Origin: an uncultured Actinomycetota bacterium
GTDB taxonomy: Bacteria; Actinomycetota; Actinomycetes; Mycobacteriales; Pseudonocardiaceae
NCBI GenBank assembly: GCA_963825445.1
Contig: CAWGTM010000025.1
Coordinates: forward strand, 29,976 to 93,975
Direction of reading: 5' to 3'
DNA: 64,000 bases
Position 1 is the first letter of the stretch; every line of letters starts with the position of its first letter. Below are positions 39,360 through 48,288 of the stretch, in pieces. The notes under the pieces were generated by a model. The model worked only from the letters and a program-made list of their open reading frames with translations, was not told the origin of the DNA and made no database searches. A program made the position numbers and the translations under genes.

Positions 39360-39514
39360 TATCGGCGACCGCGTCGGCCACCTCGGTGCGGCTGGCGAGC
39401 GGCACCCGCAGCTGTACGTCGCCGGTGTTGGGATCGAACACGTCGCCGAAGCGGCCGGAGGTTCCGGGGGATCTTCCTGCCGGCCACGAAATGGGCCAGT
39501 TCTGGCACGGACAT
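39360..39514 (-). pseudogene. N-terminal remnant of methylmalonate-semialdehyde dehydrogenase (MmsA/IolA-like)
   Basis: MSVPELAHFVAGRKIP, frameshift, then GTSGRFGDVFDPNTGDVQLRVPLASRTEVADAVAD; truncated. Confidence 0.7.
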
Positions 39515-39647
39515 CAGCCCCCCACAGTGGACTCGGTGGGAGGGGAGTGCCGTCGGGTACACGTGCCGTGGCCGCCGAAAACTTCGGCAGGGCAGGGAGA
39601 ACCGTCATGCGTGCGGCTCCATCCTCGTGGAATGACACGGTCATCCG

Positions 39648-39795
39648 CGGCCGGTATCCTGACTTCCGGATCATCACGTGGACCACAGCCTTCCCGACTC
39701 GCGTCAGTGGCTCTCTCGTGGCGGCCGTGCGCCCCGGTCACAGTGGCGGGACCGCGCCGGATTCACACCGGCTTCCCTGCACCGCAGACCATTTG
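39648..39795 (-). ncRNA. Cobalamin riboswitch
   Basis: Minus strand reads AGGGAAGCCGGTGTGAATCCGGCGCGGTCCCGCCACTGTGA...GCCACTG...GGGAAGG...AAGTCAGGATACC (B12 box). Confidence 0.93.
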
Positions 39796-39829
39796 GTCAC
39801 CCTGAATAGGACATCCAACTGTGTCGGGT

Positions 39830-40430
39830 GTGACGAAGCCGACGCGCACCTGCGGACGAAGCGGTCCACCAGCTCTGGATGGCCGGCGGGATGCACGTGG
39901 AGGTACGAGGCTTGCACGTGTCGGCGGATCGTCCGTCCGTTCGAGTCGTGCCGTCCGCGTCCTGCCATCGCCAGGCGGGCGGGATCGACGAGGACCCGTG
40001 CACATCGGATGCCCGCCCATCTGGCGCGTCAGGTACAACCGCCCACCGCACGGCGACCGTTACAACCGCCCACCGCACGGCGACCGTGGCGCCGGCCGCG
40101 GCCAGAAGTTCGCGGTGCTCCTCGTACCCGGACGTGAAGGCCGCGCCACCCGCGACGGCGACCACTGGCGCACCAGGGACCCGCGTGACGCACTCGTCGG
40201 GCGTCCACGCCTGTCCGGTCGGTGTGTCCGCCGTTCCCGCCAGTGGGACGACGGCCTCGAGGTCGACGTGATCGTTGACAAGTGCCGCCATCGCGTCGAT
40301 CGCCGTGGTCGCGGCCGTGTTCGGTGGCGGTGACCAGGCAGAGGTGGCGGGACTGGAACTGGACCAGGTCGCTCCAGGGGACGGCGCCGAGCATCGGCAC
40401 GCCGACGTCCGCGCAGACCTGCGCCGACCA
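39830..40430 (-). pseudogene. cobB: Cobyrinate a,c-diamide synthase (CobB/CbiA) remnant
   Basis: GVPMLGAVP...SRHLCLVTATEH, HVDLEAV, VAVAGGAAFTSGYEEHRELLAAAGA, ASYLHVHPAGHP in several frames with an internal deletion. Confidence 0.8.
40034..40087 (+). repeat. 27-bp perfect tandem duplication
   Basis: TACAACCGCCCACCGCACGGCGACCGT twice. Confidence 0.95.
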
Positions 40431-40562
40431 GCACGGGATCCAGATTCCGCCCCGGTCGTCCCGCCGCCACATCGGCGACGAGAAGCTCGTGATCGACATG
40501 CTCATCGGCGACCTTCAACCCCGCGGAACAGCGCCCGTGCGACAGGATTCGTTGGATTTCGG

Positions 40563-40590
40563 GGGAACTCTCCGAACCCGGCGGCCGACT
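40563..40590 (+). promoter_or_regulatory. SigC-type ECF promoter GGGAAC-N17-CGACT
   Basis: Exact spacing; GTG of fabH is 8 nt downstream (probably leaderless). Confidence 0.85.
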
Positions 40591-40598
40591 CTTTGGCC

Positions 40599-41633
40599 GT
40601 GCGTAGAGTCGCAGTTGTGGCAGGGGTCGGCGGCTTCGTGCCGAACAGGGTCGTGACGAACGCCGAACTGTCCACTGTCTACGACACCTCCGACGAGTGG
40701 ATCCGCTCCCGCACGGGCATCGTCAGTAGACACTGGGTCGGCCCCGGTGAGTCCACATCGGATCTGGCCGTTGAGGCGGCGCGCGCCGCCCTCAGGTCGG
40801 CGGAGGCTTCCCCGGGTCCTCCGGTCGACATGGTGGTCCTCGCGACCGCGACCCCGGACCATTCCTGTCCGGCGACCGCGCCCGCGGTGGCCCGGCGGCT
40901 GGGGCTGGGAGAGACGCCTGCGTTCGATCTCGCCGCCGTGTGTTCCGGGTTCGTGTACGGGCTGGCCGTGGCGGACGGCATGATCGCGGCGGGCACCGCG
41001 CGCCGCGTGCTGCTGATCGGCGCCGACACGTTCTCGACGATCCTCAACCCCGCCGATCGTGCGACGGGGGCGGTGTTCGGCGACGGCGCGGGCGCTGTCG
41101 TCCTGCGCGTCGGCGACCCTGGTGAGCCCGGAGCGGTGCTCGGGTTCGATCTCGGCAGTGACGGGGAGCTCGGCGGGCTCATCACGGTCGCGGCGGGCGG
41201 GAGCAGACAACCGAATCGCGACGCTGCGACACCCGAGGACCGGTGGTTCGCGATGCGGGGTCAGGCGGTCTACCGGCACGCGGTGATCCGCATGGCCGAG
41301 GCTGCCCGTGGCGCCATGAGATCCGCGGACTGGCGACCGGACGAGGTGGACCGGTTCGTCGCACACCAGGCCAACGGCCGGATCCTCGCCACGGTCGGCG
41401 CGGAACTCGGCATCGCCCCCGACCGCGTCTACGCCAATCTCGCGGACGTCGGCAATACCGTCGCCGCCTCGATCCCTCTCGCGCTCGCGGACGCGGCGGC
41501 TGATGGGGTGCTGCGGACGGGTGACCGCGTCCTGTTGTCAGCGTTCGGGGGTGGCGCTACTTGGGGAGCCGCGGCGCTGACATGGCCAGATCTCATCATC
41601 CCGTCCCGAGCAGGCGGTAGGCACGCGTCGTGA
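40599..41633 (+). CDS. fabH: Beta-ketoacyl-ACP synthase III
   Basis: DEWIRSRTGI, AVCSGF (Cys), FGDGAGA, HQAN (His), GNT (Asn), AFGGG. Confidence 0.92.
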   Translation: MRRVAVVAGVGGFVPNRVVTNAELSTVYDTSDEWIRSRTGIVSRHWVGPGESTSDLAVEAARAALRSAEASPGPPVDMVVLATATPDHSCPATAPAVARRLGLGETPAFDLAAVCSGFVYGLAVADGMIAAGTARRVLLIGADTFSTILNPADRATGAVFGDGAGAVVLRVGDPGEPGAVLGFDLGSDGELGGLITVAAGGSRQPNRDAATPEDRWFAMRGQAVYRHAVIRMAEAARGAMRSADWRPDEVDRFVAHQANGRILATVGAELGIAPDRVYANLADVGNTVAASIPLALADAAADGVLRTGDRVLLSAFGGGATWGAAALTWPDLIIPSRAGGRHAS

Positions 41634-41789
41634 ACCACCAACGAGGTGACGTCGAGGGCTGACGGCCCGGTGCGAACTGTCCGCGTCGTTCGTGAGTCCG
41701 GCGCGCCAGGTGGTTCTCCGTGTGTCGGCATGTCGGTCGCGCACGTGCTGTCGTCGTCACAAGAGTGTGGCTTCCCGGTCGGTCCGGCC

Positions 41790-42211
41790 GGTGGCGAACC
41801 GCTCGGGGACGGTACGCCGTCCAGGGCATGGCCACGCCCAGCGCGAGGTTCCAGGCGGAACTCTCGTGGACCAGGTGGTCGCCCGCCGACCCGTCGTGCC
41901 CGCCGTGGGAGGTGCCGTCATCCCTGAGTTGGCCCAGCCGGGCGTGACCTGAGCGATCGCCACGCCCGTGAGCGCCTCGCCGTCGGGCCGTCGCGGTGCC
42001 TGGCGCGTCGGCGAGGATGGTACGGACGAGGTCCGACACGGCAACTGCCGGCCGCACTCCCAGCAGCCGGTTCAGCTCCTCGGCACGGGTGGCGCCAGGC
42101 CCGGCACGAACCGCACCCGGCCAGGTGAGCGTCGACCTGCTCTTCGGCCACGGGCCCTGTCTCGCCGTCCACCAGTGCCGAAACGGACTCGCGATAGAAC
42201 TCACAGTCCAC
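41790..42211 (-). pseudogene. zf-HC2 membrane anti-sigma factor (Rv0093c-like), multiply frameshifted
   Basis: MDCEFYRESVSALVDGE...HLAGCGSC, then RPAVAVSDL and HLVHESSAWNLALG in shifted frames. Confidence 0.8.
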
Positions 42212-42219
42212 ACCCTGAT

Positions 42220-42247
42220 GGTCGGGCAAAATGGACCTGTGGTTCCC
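42220..42247 (-). promoter_or_regulatory. SigC-type promoter GGGAAC-N17-CGACC
   Basis: Anti-sigma GTG is 8 nt downstream. Confidence 0.85.
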
Positions 42248-42275
42248 GGTGCGCGGCCGGTTACGCTCCAGCCTC

Positions 42276-42842
42276 GTGGGAAGTCCGGGTGGTGCCGACG
42301 AGGTGACCGAGGCGGCGTTGGCCGCCGGCAGGGGTGATCGGGTCGCCCTGGAGCGGTTCGTACGCGCGACCCAGCGCGACGTGTGGCGGCTCGTCGCGCA
42401 CCTCGGCGGGCCCGGTCTGGCCGACGATCTCGTACAGGAGACGTACCTGCGCGCGCTGCCCAGCCTGCCGTCGTTCGAGGGCCGCTCCTCCGCCAAGACG
42501 TGGCTGCTGTCGATCGCCCGTCATGCCGTGGTCGACCACATCAGAACCGTCACCTCGCGCCCCCGCACGACCGGGGCTGTCGACTGGGTCCGGGTCTCGG
42601 ATTCCCGGCGGAATGACTCGCAGCGTCCCGGTTTCGAGGACATCGTCGAGGTCGCCGTACTTCTCGACGGGCTCTCGCCGGACCGCCGGGAAGCTCTCGT
42701 ACTGACCCAGATCCTGGGCATGTCGTACGACGAGGCGGCCGACGTCTGCGGCGTTCCGGTCGGCACCATCCGCTCCCGTGTCGCACGCGGACGGCACGAT
42801 CTTCTCGAAGCCGACGAGTCACGGCGGCGCGGCACGGCCTGA
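42276..42842 (+). CDS. sigC: ECF sigma factor, mycobacterial SigC-like
   Basis: VTEAALAAGRGDRVALERFVRATQRDVWR, ADDLVQETYLRA, LTQILGMSYDEAA, GTIRSRVAR; TACGCT -10 just upstream. Confidence 0.85.
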   Translation: MGSPGGADEVTEAALAAGRGDRVALERFVRATQRDVWRLVAHLGGPGLADDLVQETYLRALPSLPSFEGRSSAKTWLLSIARHAVVDHIRTVTSRPRTTGAVDWVRVSDSRRNDSQRPGFEDIVEVAVLLDGLSPDRREALVLTQILGMSYDEAADVCGVPVGTIRSRVARGRHDLLEADESRRRGTA

Positions 42843-42864
42843 CGCCAGGTGGGTCGGCGATCGT

Positions 42865-45072
42865 TCAGCGGAAGCGACGTAGCCGCAGGCTGTTGGAGAC
42901 GACGAGCACCGAACTGCACGCCATGGCGGCACCCGCGAGCATCGGGTTGAGCAGTCCGGCCGCGGCGATCGGGAGTGCGGCGACGTTGTAGCCGAACGCC
43001 CAGAACAGGTTGCCCTTGATGGTGTCCAGTGTGCGCCGCGACAGTCGGATGGCGTCCGACACCGCGCGGGGGTCGTCCCGGACGAGCGTCAGGTCGGCGG
43101 CCTCGATGGCGACGTCGGCTCCGGTGCCCATGGCGATCCCCAGGTCGGCCTGTGCGAGGGCGGCGGCGTCGTTGACGCCGTCGCCGACCATCGCCACGAC
43201 TCTGCCCTGCACCTGAAGGCGCTTGACAGCGGCGACCTTGTCCTGGGGAAGCGCCTCGGCGATCACGTCATCGATCCCGATTCTGCTGGCGACGGATCGC
43301 GCGACAGCCTCGTTGTCGCCCGTGAGCAGCACCGGAGCGAGGCCGAGCCGCCTGAGTGTCGTGACGGCTTCGGCGGCGGTCGGCTTGACCGTGTCCGCCA
43401 CACCCACCACCGCGCGGGCATGCCCGTCCCAGGCGATGACCACGGCCGTGTGACCGTGACGTTCCTCGGCCGCCACGGCCTCGGTCAGCTCGGTGGGCAG
43501 TGCCATGTCGAGCAGAGCGGCACGTCCCACGATCACCGCGTGGCCGTTTACCGTTCCCCGCACGCCGAGGCCGGCTCGGTTCTCGAAGTCCTCGACGTCG
43601 GGAAGGTCGGCCATCTGATCCCGGGCCGCCCGGAGAATGGCGTGCGCGACCGGATGTTCCGAGGCGTTCTCGACGGCGCCGGCGAACAGGAGCGCCTCGT
43701 CGGGGCTCTGGCCCTCGGCGGTGTGGATCCCCACCACGGACATCCGTCCGTCGGTCACCGTGCCGGTCTTGTCCAAAATCACCGTGTCCACGCGTCGTGT
43801 GGACTCGAGCACTTCCGGGCCCCTGACCAGGATGCCCAGCTGCGCTCCTCGCCCGGTGCCGACCAGGAACGCCGTCGGTGTGGCGAGACCGAGCGCGCAC
43901 GGGCAGGCGATGATCAGGACCGCGACCGCCGCGGTGAACGCCGCGGGTGCCGACGCGCCCGTGGCGAGCCAGAACGTCAGGGTGCTGGTGGCCAACGCGA
44001 TCACGGCGGGCACGAACACCGCCGAGACCCGGTCTGCCAGCCGCTGCGCCCGTGCCTTGCCGTTCTGTGCGTCCTCCACCAGTCGCGCCATGCCCGCGAG
44101 CTGGGTGTCACCGCCGATCTGTGTCGCGCGAACGACCAGGTGGCCGTCCACGTTGACCGTGGCGCCGACGACCGCATCGCCTTCCGTCACCTCCGCGGGG
44201 ACGGATTCACCGGTGAGCATGCTCGCGTCGACGCTGGAGCTGCCGCTCTCGACAACGCCGTCGGTGGCGACCTTCTCGCCGGGCCGAACGACGAAGCGGT
44301 CGCCCACCACCAGGGCGCTGACGGGAATCCAGTTCTCCGTTCCCTCTCGCAGGACCGCGACGTCCTTGGCGCCGAGCGCCAGCAGGGAGCGCAGCGCCGC
44401 ACCCGCTCTGCCCTTGGCACGGGCCTCGACGTACCGGCCGGCCAGGATGAAGGTGGTGACCCCGGCGGCCACTTCGAGGTAGATCGCGCCGTCTCCACCG
44501 CCGGACTGGATGGTGAGGGTGAACGCGTGCCGCATGCCCGGCGCGCCCGCCGAACCGAAGAACAGCGCGTACAACGACCAGCCGAGCGCCGCGAGTGTGC
44601 CGACGGAGATCAGCGTGTCCATGCTGGCCGCGCCGTGTCGAAGGTTCAGCCAGGCGGCACGGTGGAACGGCCAGGCCGCCCACGTCACGACCGGAAGGGT
44701 GAGCACCAGGGAGAGCCACTGCCAGTACGGGAACTGGAGTACCGGGACCATCGCCATCAGCACGACCGGGACGGACAGGCAGGCGGCCACCGCCAACCTC
44801 GTCCTCGGTGTGTCCTCGTGGCCGTGGAGGCCTGACGGTGCGTCCGGTCCGGGGACCTGCGCGGAGTAGCCCGCGGCCTCCACCTGCGCGACCAGCAGAC
44901 GTGCGTCGACGTCCGGCGGGAACACCACCTTCGCCTTCGACGTGGCGTAGTTGACCGATGCGGTCACACCGTCGAGCTTGTTCAGCTTCCGCTCGACCCG
45001 GCCCGCGCAGGCGGCACAGGTCATCCCGCCGATGATCAGTTCGGCCTCGGCGGTCTTCGTGTCCTGGATCAT
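42865..45072 (-). CDS. P1B-1 Cu(I)-type ATPase (CtpB/CopA-like)
   Basis: GMTCAAC, TGES, CPC, DKTGT, SEHP, GDGVND, YN, MACSS. Confidence 0.95.
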   Translation of the reverse strand: MIQDTKTAEAELIIGGMTCAACAGRVERKLNKLDGVTASVNYATSKAKVVFPPDVDARLLVAQVEAAGYSAQVPGPDAPSGLHGHEDTPRTRLAVAACLSVPVVLMAMVPVLQFPYWQWLSLVLTLPVVTWAAWPFHRAAWLNLRHGAASMDTLISVGTLAALGWSLYALFFGSAGAPGMRHAFTLTIQSGGGDGAIYLEVAAGVTTFILAGRYVEARAKGRAGAALRSLLALGAKDVAVLREGTENWIPVSALVVGDRFVVRPGEKVATDGVVESGSSSVDASMLTGESVPAEVTEGDAVVGATVNVDGHLVVRATQIGGDTQLAGMARLVEDAQNGKARAQRLADRVSAVFVPAVIALATSTLTFWLATGASAPAAFTAAVAVLIIACPCALGLATPTAFLVGTGRGAQLGILVRGPEVLESTRRVDTVILDKTGTVTDGRMSVVGIHTAEGQSPDEALLFAGAVENASEHPVAHAILRAARDQMADLPDVEDFENRAGLGVRGTVNGHAVIVGRAALLDMALPTELTEAVAAEERHGHTAVVIAWDGHARAVVGVADTVKPTAAEAVTTLRRLGLAPVLLTGDNEAVARSVASRIGIDDVIAEALPQDKVAAVKRLQVQGRVVAMVGDGVNDAAALAQADLGIAMGTGADVAIEAADLTLVRDDPRAVSDAIRLSRRTLDTIKGNLFWAFGYNVAALPIAAAGLLNPMLAGAAMACSSVLVVSNSLRLRRFR

Positions 45073-45113
45073 CGCTCACCCGTCATGGTCGTCGCGTCCT
45101 TCGTCCTCGCGGA

Positions 45114-45317
45114 TCAGCTCACGACGCGAAATCCGGCTTCGGCGATGGCGGCGTGCACCAGGTCGACGGGCGGTTGGTCACCGGTCACGGTGACGGTCCC
45201 TGTTCTCAGGTCGACCTGGACGTCGTGGATGCCGTCGATGCCGCCGACCTCGGTGCGTACGGCGTTGACGCAGTGCTCGCAGGTCATGCCTTCGACGGTG
45301 TAGCTGGTGGTCGACAT
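45114..45317 (-). CDS. copZ: CopZ-like copper chaperone (HMA domain)
   Basis: VEGMTCEHCVNAV, 67 aa. Confidence 0.92.
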   Translation of the reverse strand: MSTTSYTVEGMTCEHCVNAVRTEVGGIDGIHDVQVDLRTGTVTVTGDQPPVDLVHAAIAEAGFRVVS

Positions 45318-45337
45318 CCTGGTGGGCCTTTCTCCGG

Positions 45338-46108
45338 TCAGGCGAGTGGTTGCGCGTGGTAGGTGATCCGGACGATGCCGTCCGGGTGCCGCTCCGTCGT
45401 GGCGTTGATGCCGAAGACATCGCGGAGTACGGCGGGGGTCAGGACGTCGAGCACGGCACCGGCCGCGGCGATCTGTCCGTTGTGGAGGACCACGAGCTGG
45501 TCGCAGCTGCGTGCGGCGAGATCGAGGTCGTGGAGCACGGCGAGGGTGGTGATACCGGTGGAACGGATGAGCGCGAGGAGTTCGAAGCGCGCGCGGATGT
45601 CGAGGTGGTTGGTGGGTTCGTCGAGGACGAGCAGCCGGGGCTGCTGGGCCAGCGCGCGGGCGAGCAGCACACGTTGACGTTCCCCGCCGGAGAGGGTGCC
45701 GTAGGGGCGATCGGCGTAGGACAGAACGCCGGTTCGCTTCAGGGCATCCCTGACGACTTCCTGGTCCTGTGTGGACTCCCGGTCGAGCAGGCCGTGATGC
45801 GGCGTGCGGCCGAGTGCGACGACCTCGGTCACGGTGAGGGCGGCCGGGGTCTGGCCGCTCTGCAGCACGGCGGCGGTCCGCTGTGCCGCGGAGCGGGCGG
45901 ACAGCGTCCACACGTTGTCCTCGCCCACCCGCACCAGACCGCTGTCGGGGCGCAGCGATCGGTAGACGGTGCGCAGCAGCGTGGTCTTGCCGCTGCCGTT
46001 GGGGCCGACGAGACCGACCATCTCTCCTGGCGCCACGTCGAGGTCGGCGTCGCGCAGGATCGTGGTGGTGTCGATGGAGACGGAGACGGCGGTGATGTCC
46101 AGCTTCAC
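45338..46108 (-). CDS. Metal-chelate ABC transporter ATPase (FecE-like)
   Basis: GPNGSGKT, LSGGERQR, LDEPTNHLD, LHDLDLA. Confidence 0.93.
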   Translation of the reverse strand: MKLDITAVSVSIDTTTILRDADLDVAPGEMVGLVGPNGSGKTTLLRTVYRSLRPDSGLVRVGEDNVWTLSARSAAQRTAAVLQSGQTPAALTVTEVVALGRTPHHGLLDRESTQDQEVVRDALKRTGVLSYADRPYGTLSGGERQRVLLARALAQQPRLLVLDEPTNHLDIRARFELLALIRSTGITTLAVLHDLDLAARSCDQLVVLHNGQIAAAGAVLDVLTPAVLRDVFGINATTERHPDGIVRITYHAQPLA

Positions 46109-47175
46109 TGTTCGCTCACCCCGGTCTGGTTGCGGCGCATGAGCCAGAGCAGGAACGGGGCGCCGAACGCGGCGGTGAAGATCCCGAGGGGTAGTTCGTT
46201 GGGGCTGTCCACGGTGCGGGACAGCAGGTCCACCGCGACGAGGTAGGCCGCTCCCACGATGGCCGAGAGCGGTAGCAGCCGGCGATGGTCCAGTCCGAAC
46301 GCCAGCCGAACAACGTGCGGGACCAACAGACCCACGAAACTGATGCCACCCGCGACCCCCGCCACGGTTCCGGCGAGCAGCGCGGCAGCCGTGAGCAGGA
46401 CGATGCGCAGGACACGCACGTCGACGCCCAGGGAGGTCGCGGTCTCCTCACCGGTCACCATGGCATTGAGCCGACGTCCGGTGAGCAGCAGGGCACCGGT
46501 CAGTCCGAGAATGACCGTCGTTGCCACACCGAGCTGGTCCCACTGCGCGCCCGCGACGCTGCCGAGCAGCCAGAACATCACCCGGCGCAGGTCGTTGGAG
46601 TCGGCCTTCAACTGCAGGTAGCTGGTCAGGGCCACCAGGACGTAGCCGACCGCGACCCCGGCGAGCACCAGCCTGGTCGGGGCCAGTCGGCCGTGCTGCT
46701 GCCCGAGGGCGAACACCAGGACTCCCGCGATCATCGCCCCGGCGAACGCCGCGACCGATACGCTCAACCCGCCGACCGCCCCGGCGCCGAGCGTGATCAC
46801 CAGTACCGCACCGACCGAGGCACCCGGGACCAGGCCCAGCACATAGGGCTCGGCCAGCGGGTTGTTCACCAGCGCCTGCAACAACACCCCGGCCACGGCC
46901 AGGCCGGCTCCGCACAGCGCGGCGAGCAGCACTCGGGGTACCCGGAAATCCCACACGATCTGGTCGTAGATGAAGTCCCCGCCGGATTCCCGGCCGGTGA
47001 GGTGGGCCAGCACGATCCCCCAGACGTCGCCCAGCGGCACCGACACCGACCCGATCCCGATCGCGACCAGCATCAGGACGACCAGTCCCGCACCAGCCAC
47101 GACCAGGCACACGCCCAGCGGGACCCCGTGCAGGGGTGCCTGCCGGACGGGCTGGTGACCGCGTCGACGCAGCAT
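46105..47175 (-). CDS. Metal-chelate ABC permease (FecCD family)
   Basis: RVPRV, NPLAEPYVLG, GEETATSLG, ISFVGLLVPH. Confidence 0.93.
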   Translation of the reverse strand: MLRRRGHQPVRQAPLHGVPLGVCLVVAGAGLVVLMLVAIGIGSVSVPLGDVWGIVLAHLTGRESGGDFIYDQIVWDFRVPRVLLAALCGAGLAVAGVLLQALVNNPLAEPYVLGLVPGASVGAVLVITLGAGAVGGLSVSVAAFAGAMIAGVLVFALGQQHGRLAPTRLVLAGVAVGYVLVALTSYLQLKADSNDLRRVMFWLLGSVAGAQWDQLGVATTVILGLTGALLLTGRRLNAMVTGEETATSLGVDVRVLRIVLLTAAALLAGTVAGVAGGISFVGLLVPHVVRLAFGLDHRRLLPLSAIVGAAYLVAVDLLSRTVDSPNELPLGIFTAAFGAPFLLWLMRRNQTGVSEQ

Positions 47176-47179
47176 CAGG

Positions 47180-48214
47180 TCAGAAGACTTCTGGGTGAAG
47201 GAGCTTCGCGATCTCCTCGACGGCGACGGCGTTGCTGGGACCCAGATAGATGGAGTCGGACAGCACCAGGCTGGTTTCCTCCTTGGAGGCCTGCCACTGC
47301 GGGAACAGGTCGAACATCGCCGTGGCGTTGGCCTGCGGGTCGGGGTTCATGTAGTTGATCACGACCAGCGCGTCGACCTGCGCGGCGGAGGCCTGTTCCT
47401 TGCTGATCTTGAGGAAGACGTCCTCGCCGGCGTCGGCGAAGGCGTTGACGGCGCCGGCCTTTGCGAGGATGTCGTTCCAGATGCCGTTGCCGGCCACGGA
47501 GTTCAGGTCCTCCGCGCCCATGCCCGGGAAGATGACCATCACCTTCTTGACGGGCTCGTCGGCCACCTTCGCCTCGATGTCGGCGATCGTGGCCTTCGCG
47601 TCGGCGATGACCTTTTCGGCGCGGTCGGGGACGTCGAAGATCTCGCCGAAGTCGCTCAGCATCGTGTAGCTGTTCTCGATCGTCGCGGTGGCCGAGTAGG
47701 ACTCGCCGCAGGAGGACTCCGGAGCGTAGCTGTTGGCGCCGGCCTTGAGCAGGTCGTCGCGGGTGGCGAAGCCCGAGTCCGCCGAGAATCCCCCGTCATA
47801 GGTGGAGATCACGAAGTCGGGACGCAGTCCGAGCATCGGCTCACGCGGAATGTCCGCGAAGTCGTTGAGCGCCACGTCGCCGGTGGGCAGGTCCTTGATG
47901 GCCTCGACGCGGCCGTCCACCTCGGACGCACCGTAGTTCTGCGCGTTGGCGGCGATCCGGTCGCCGAGGCCGAGTTCGAGCAACGAGGAGACCTCGGCGA
48001 CCGAACCGCCGTTCATCACCACGACCCGGCTCGGCGCCTTGGTGAACGTGTAGTCCTTGCCACAGTTGCTGAACGTCAGCGGATACTCGGTCTTTCCCTC
48101 GCCCGCGGCCGCGGTGTTCTGTGCCTGCCCCGCGGTCGGAGTGGAGGAACCGCAGGCCGTGGCGGTCAACGCCACAGCCGCCACGGTGCAGGCGATCAGC
48201 TGCCGAGCGGACAT
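47180..48214 (-). CDS. Metal-chelate ABC substrate-binding lipoprotein
   Basis: Lipobox ATAC, YPLTFSNCG...FTKAPSRVV; GAGGAG RBS. Confidence 0.9.
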   Translation of the reverse strand: MSARQLIACTVAAVALTATACGSSTPTAGQAQNTAAAGEGKTEYPLTFSNCGKDYTFTKAPSRVVVMNGGSVAEVSSLLELGLGDRIAANAQNYGASEVDGRVEAIKDLPTGDVALNDFADIPREPMLGLRPDFVISTYDGGFSADSGFATRDDLLKAGANSYAPESSCGESYSATATIENSYTMLSDFGEIFDVPDRAEKVIADAKATIADIEAKVADEPVKKVMVIFPGMGAEDLNSVAGNGIWNDILAKAGAVNAFADAGEDVFLKISKEQASAAQVDALVVINYMNPDPQANATAMFDLFPQWQASKEETSLVLSDSIYLGPSNAVAVEEIAKLLHPEVF

Positions 48215-48255
48215 TCTTGTGCTCCTCATGAGGTTGCGCATGTGTCGTTGAAGTA

Positions 48256-48283
48256 AGTCGAACCGGAGAGTGGGAAAGTTCCC
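48256..48283 (-). promoter_or_regulatory. SigC-type promoter GGGAAC-N17-CGACT
   Basis: Exact consensus upstream of the SBP-permease-ATPase-copZ-P1B operon. Confidence 0.88.
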
Positions 48284-48288
48284 GTCAT

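Noticed and set aside
40034-40087. Repeat as a CRISPR array
   Set aside because: Only two adjacent copies, no spacer, no cas genes
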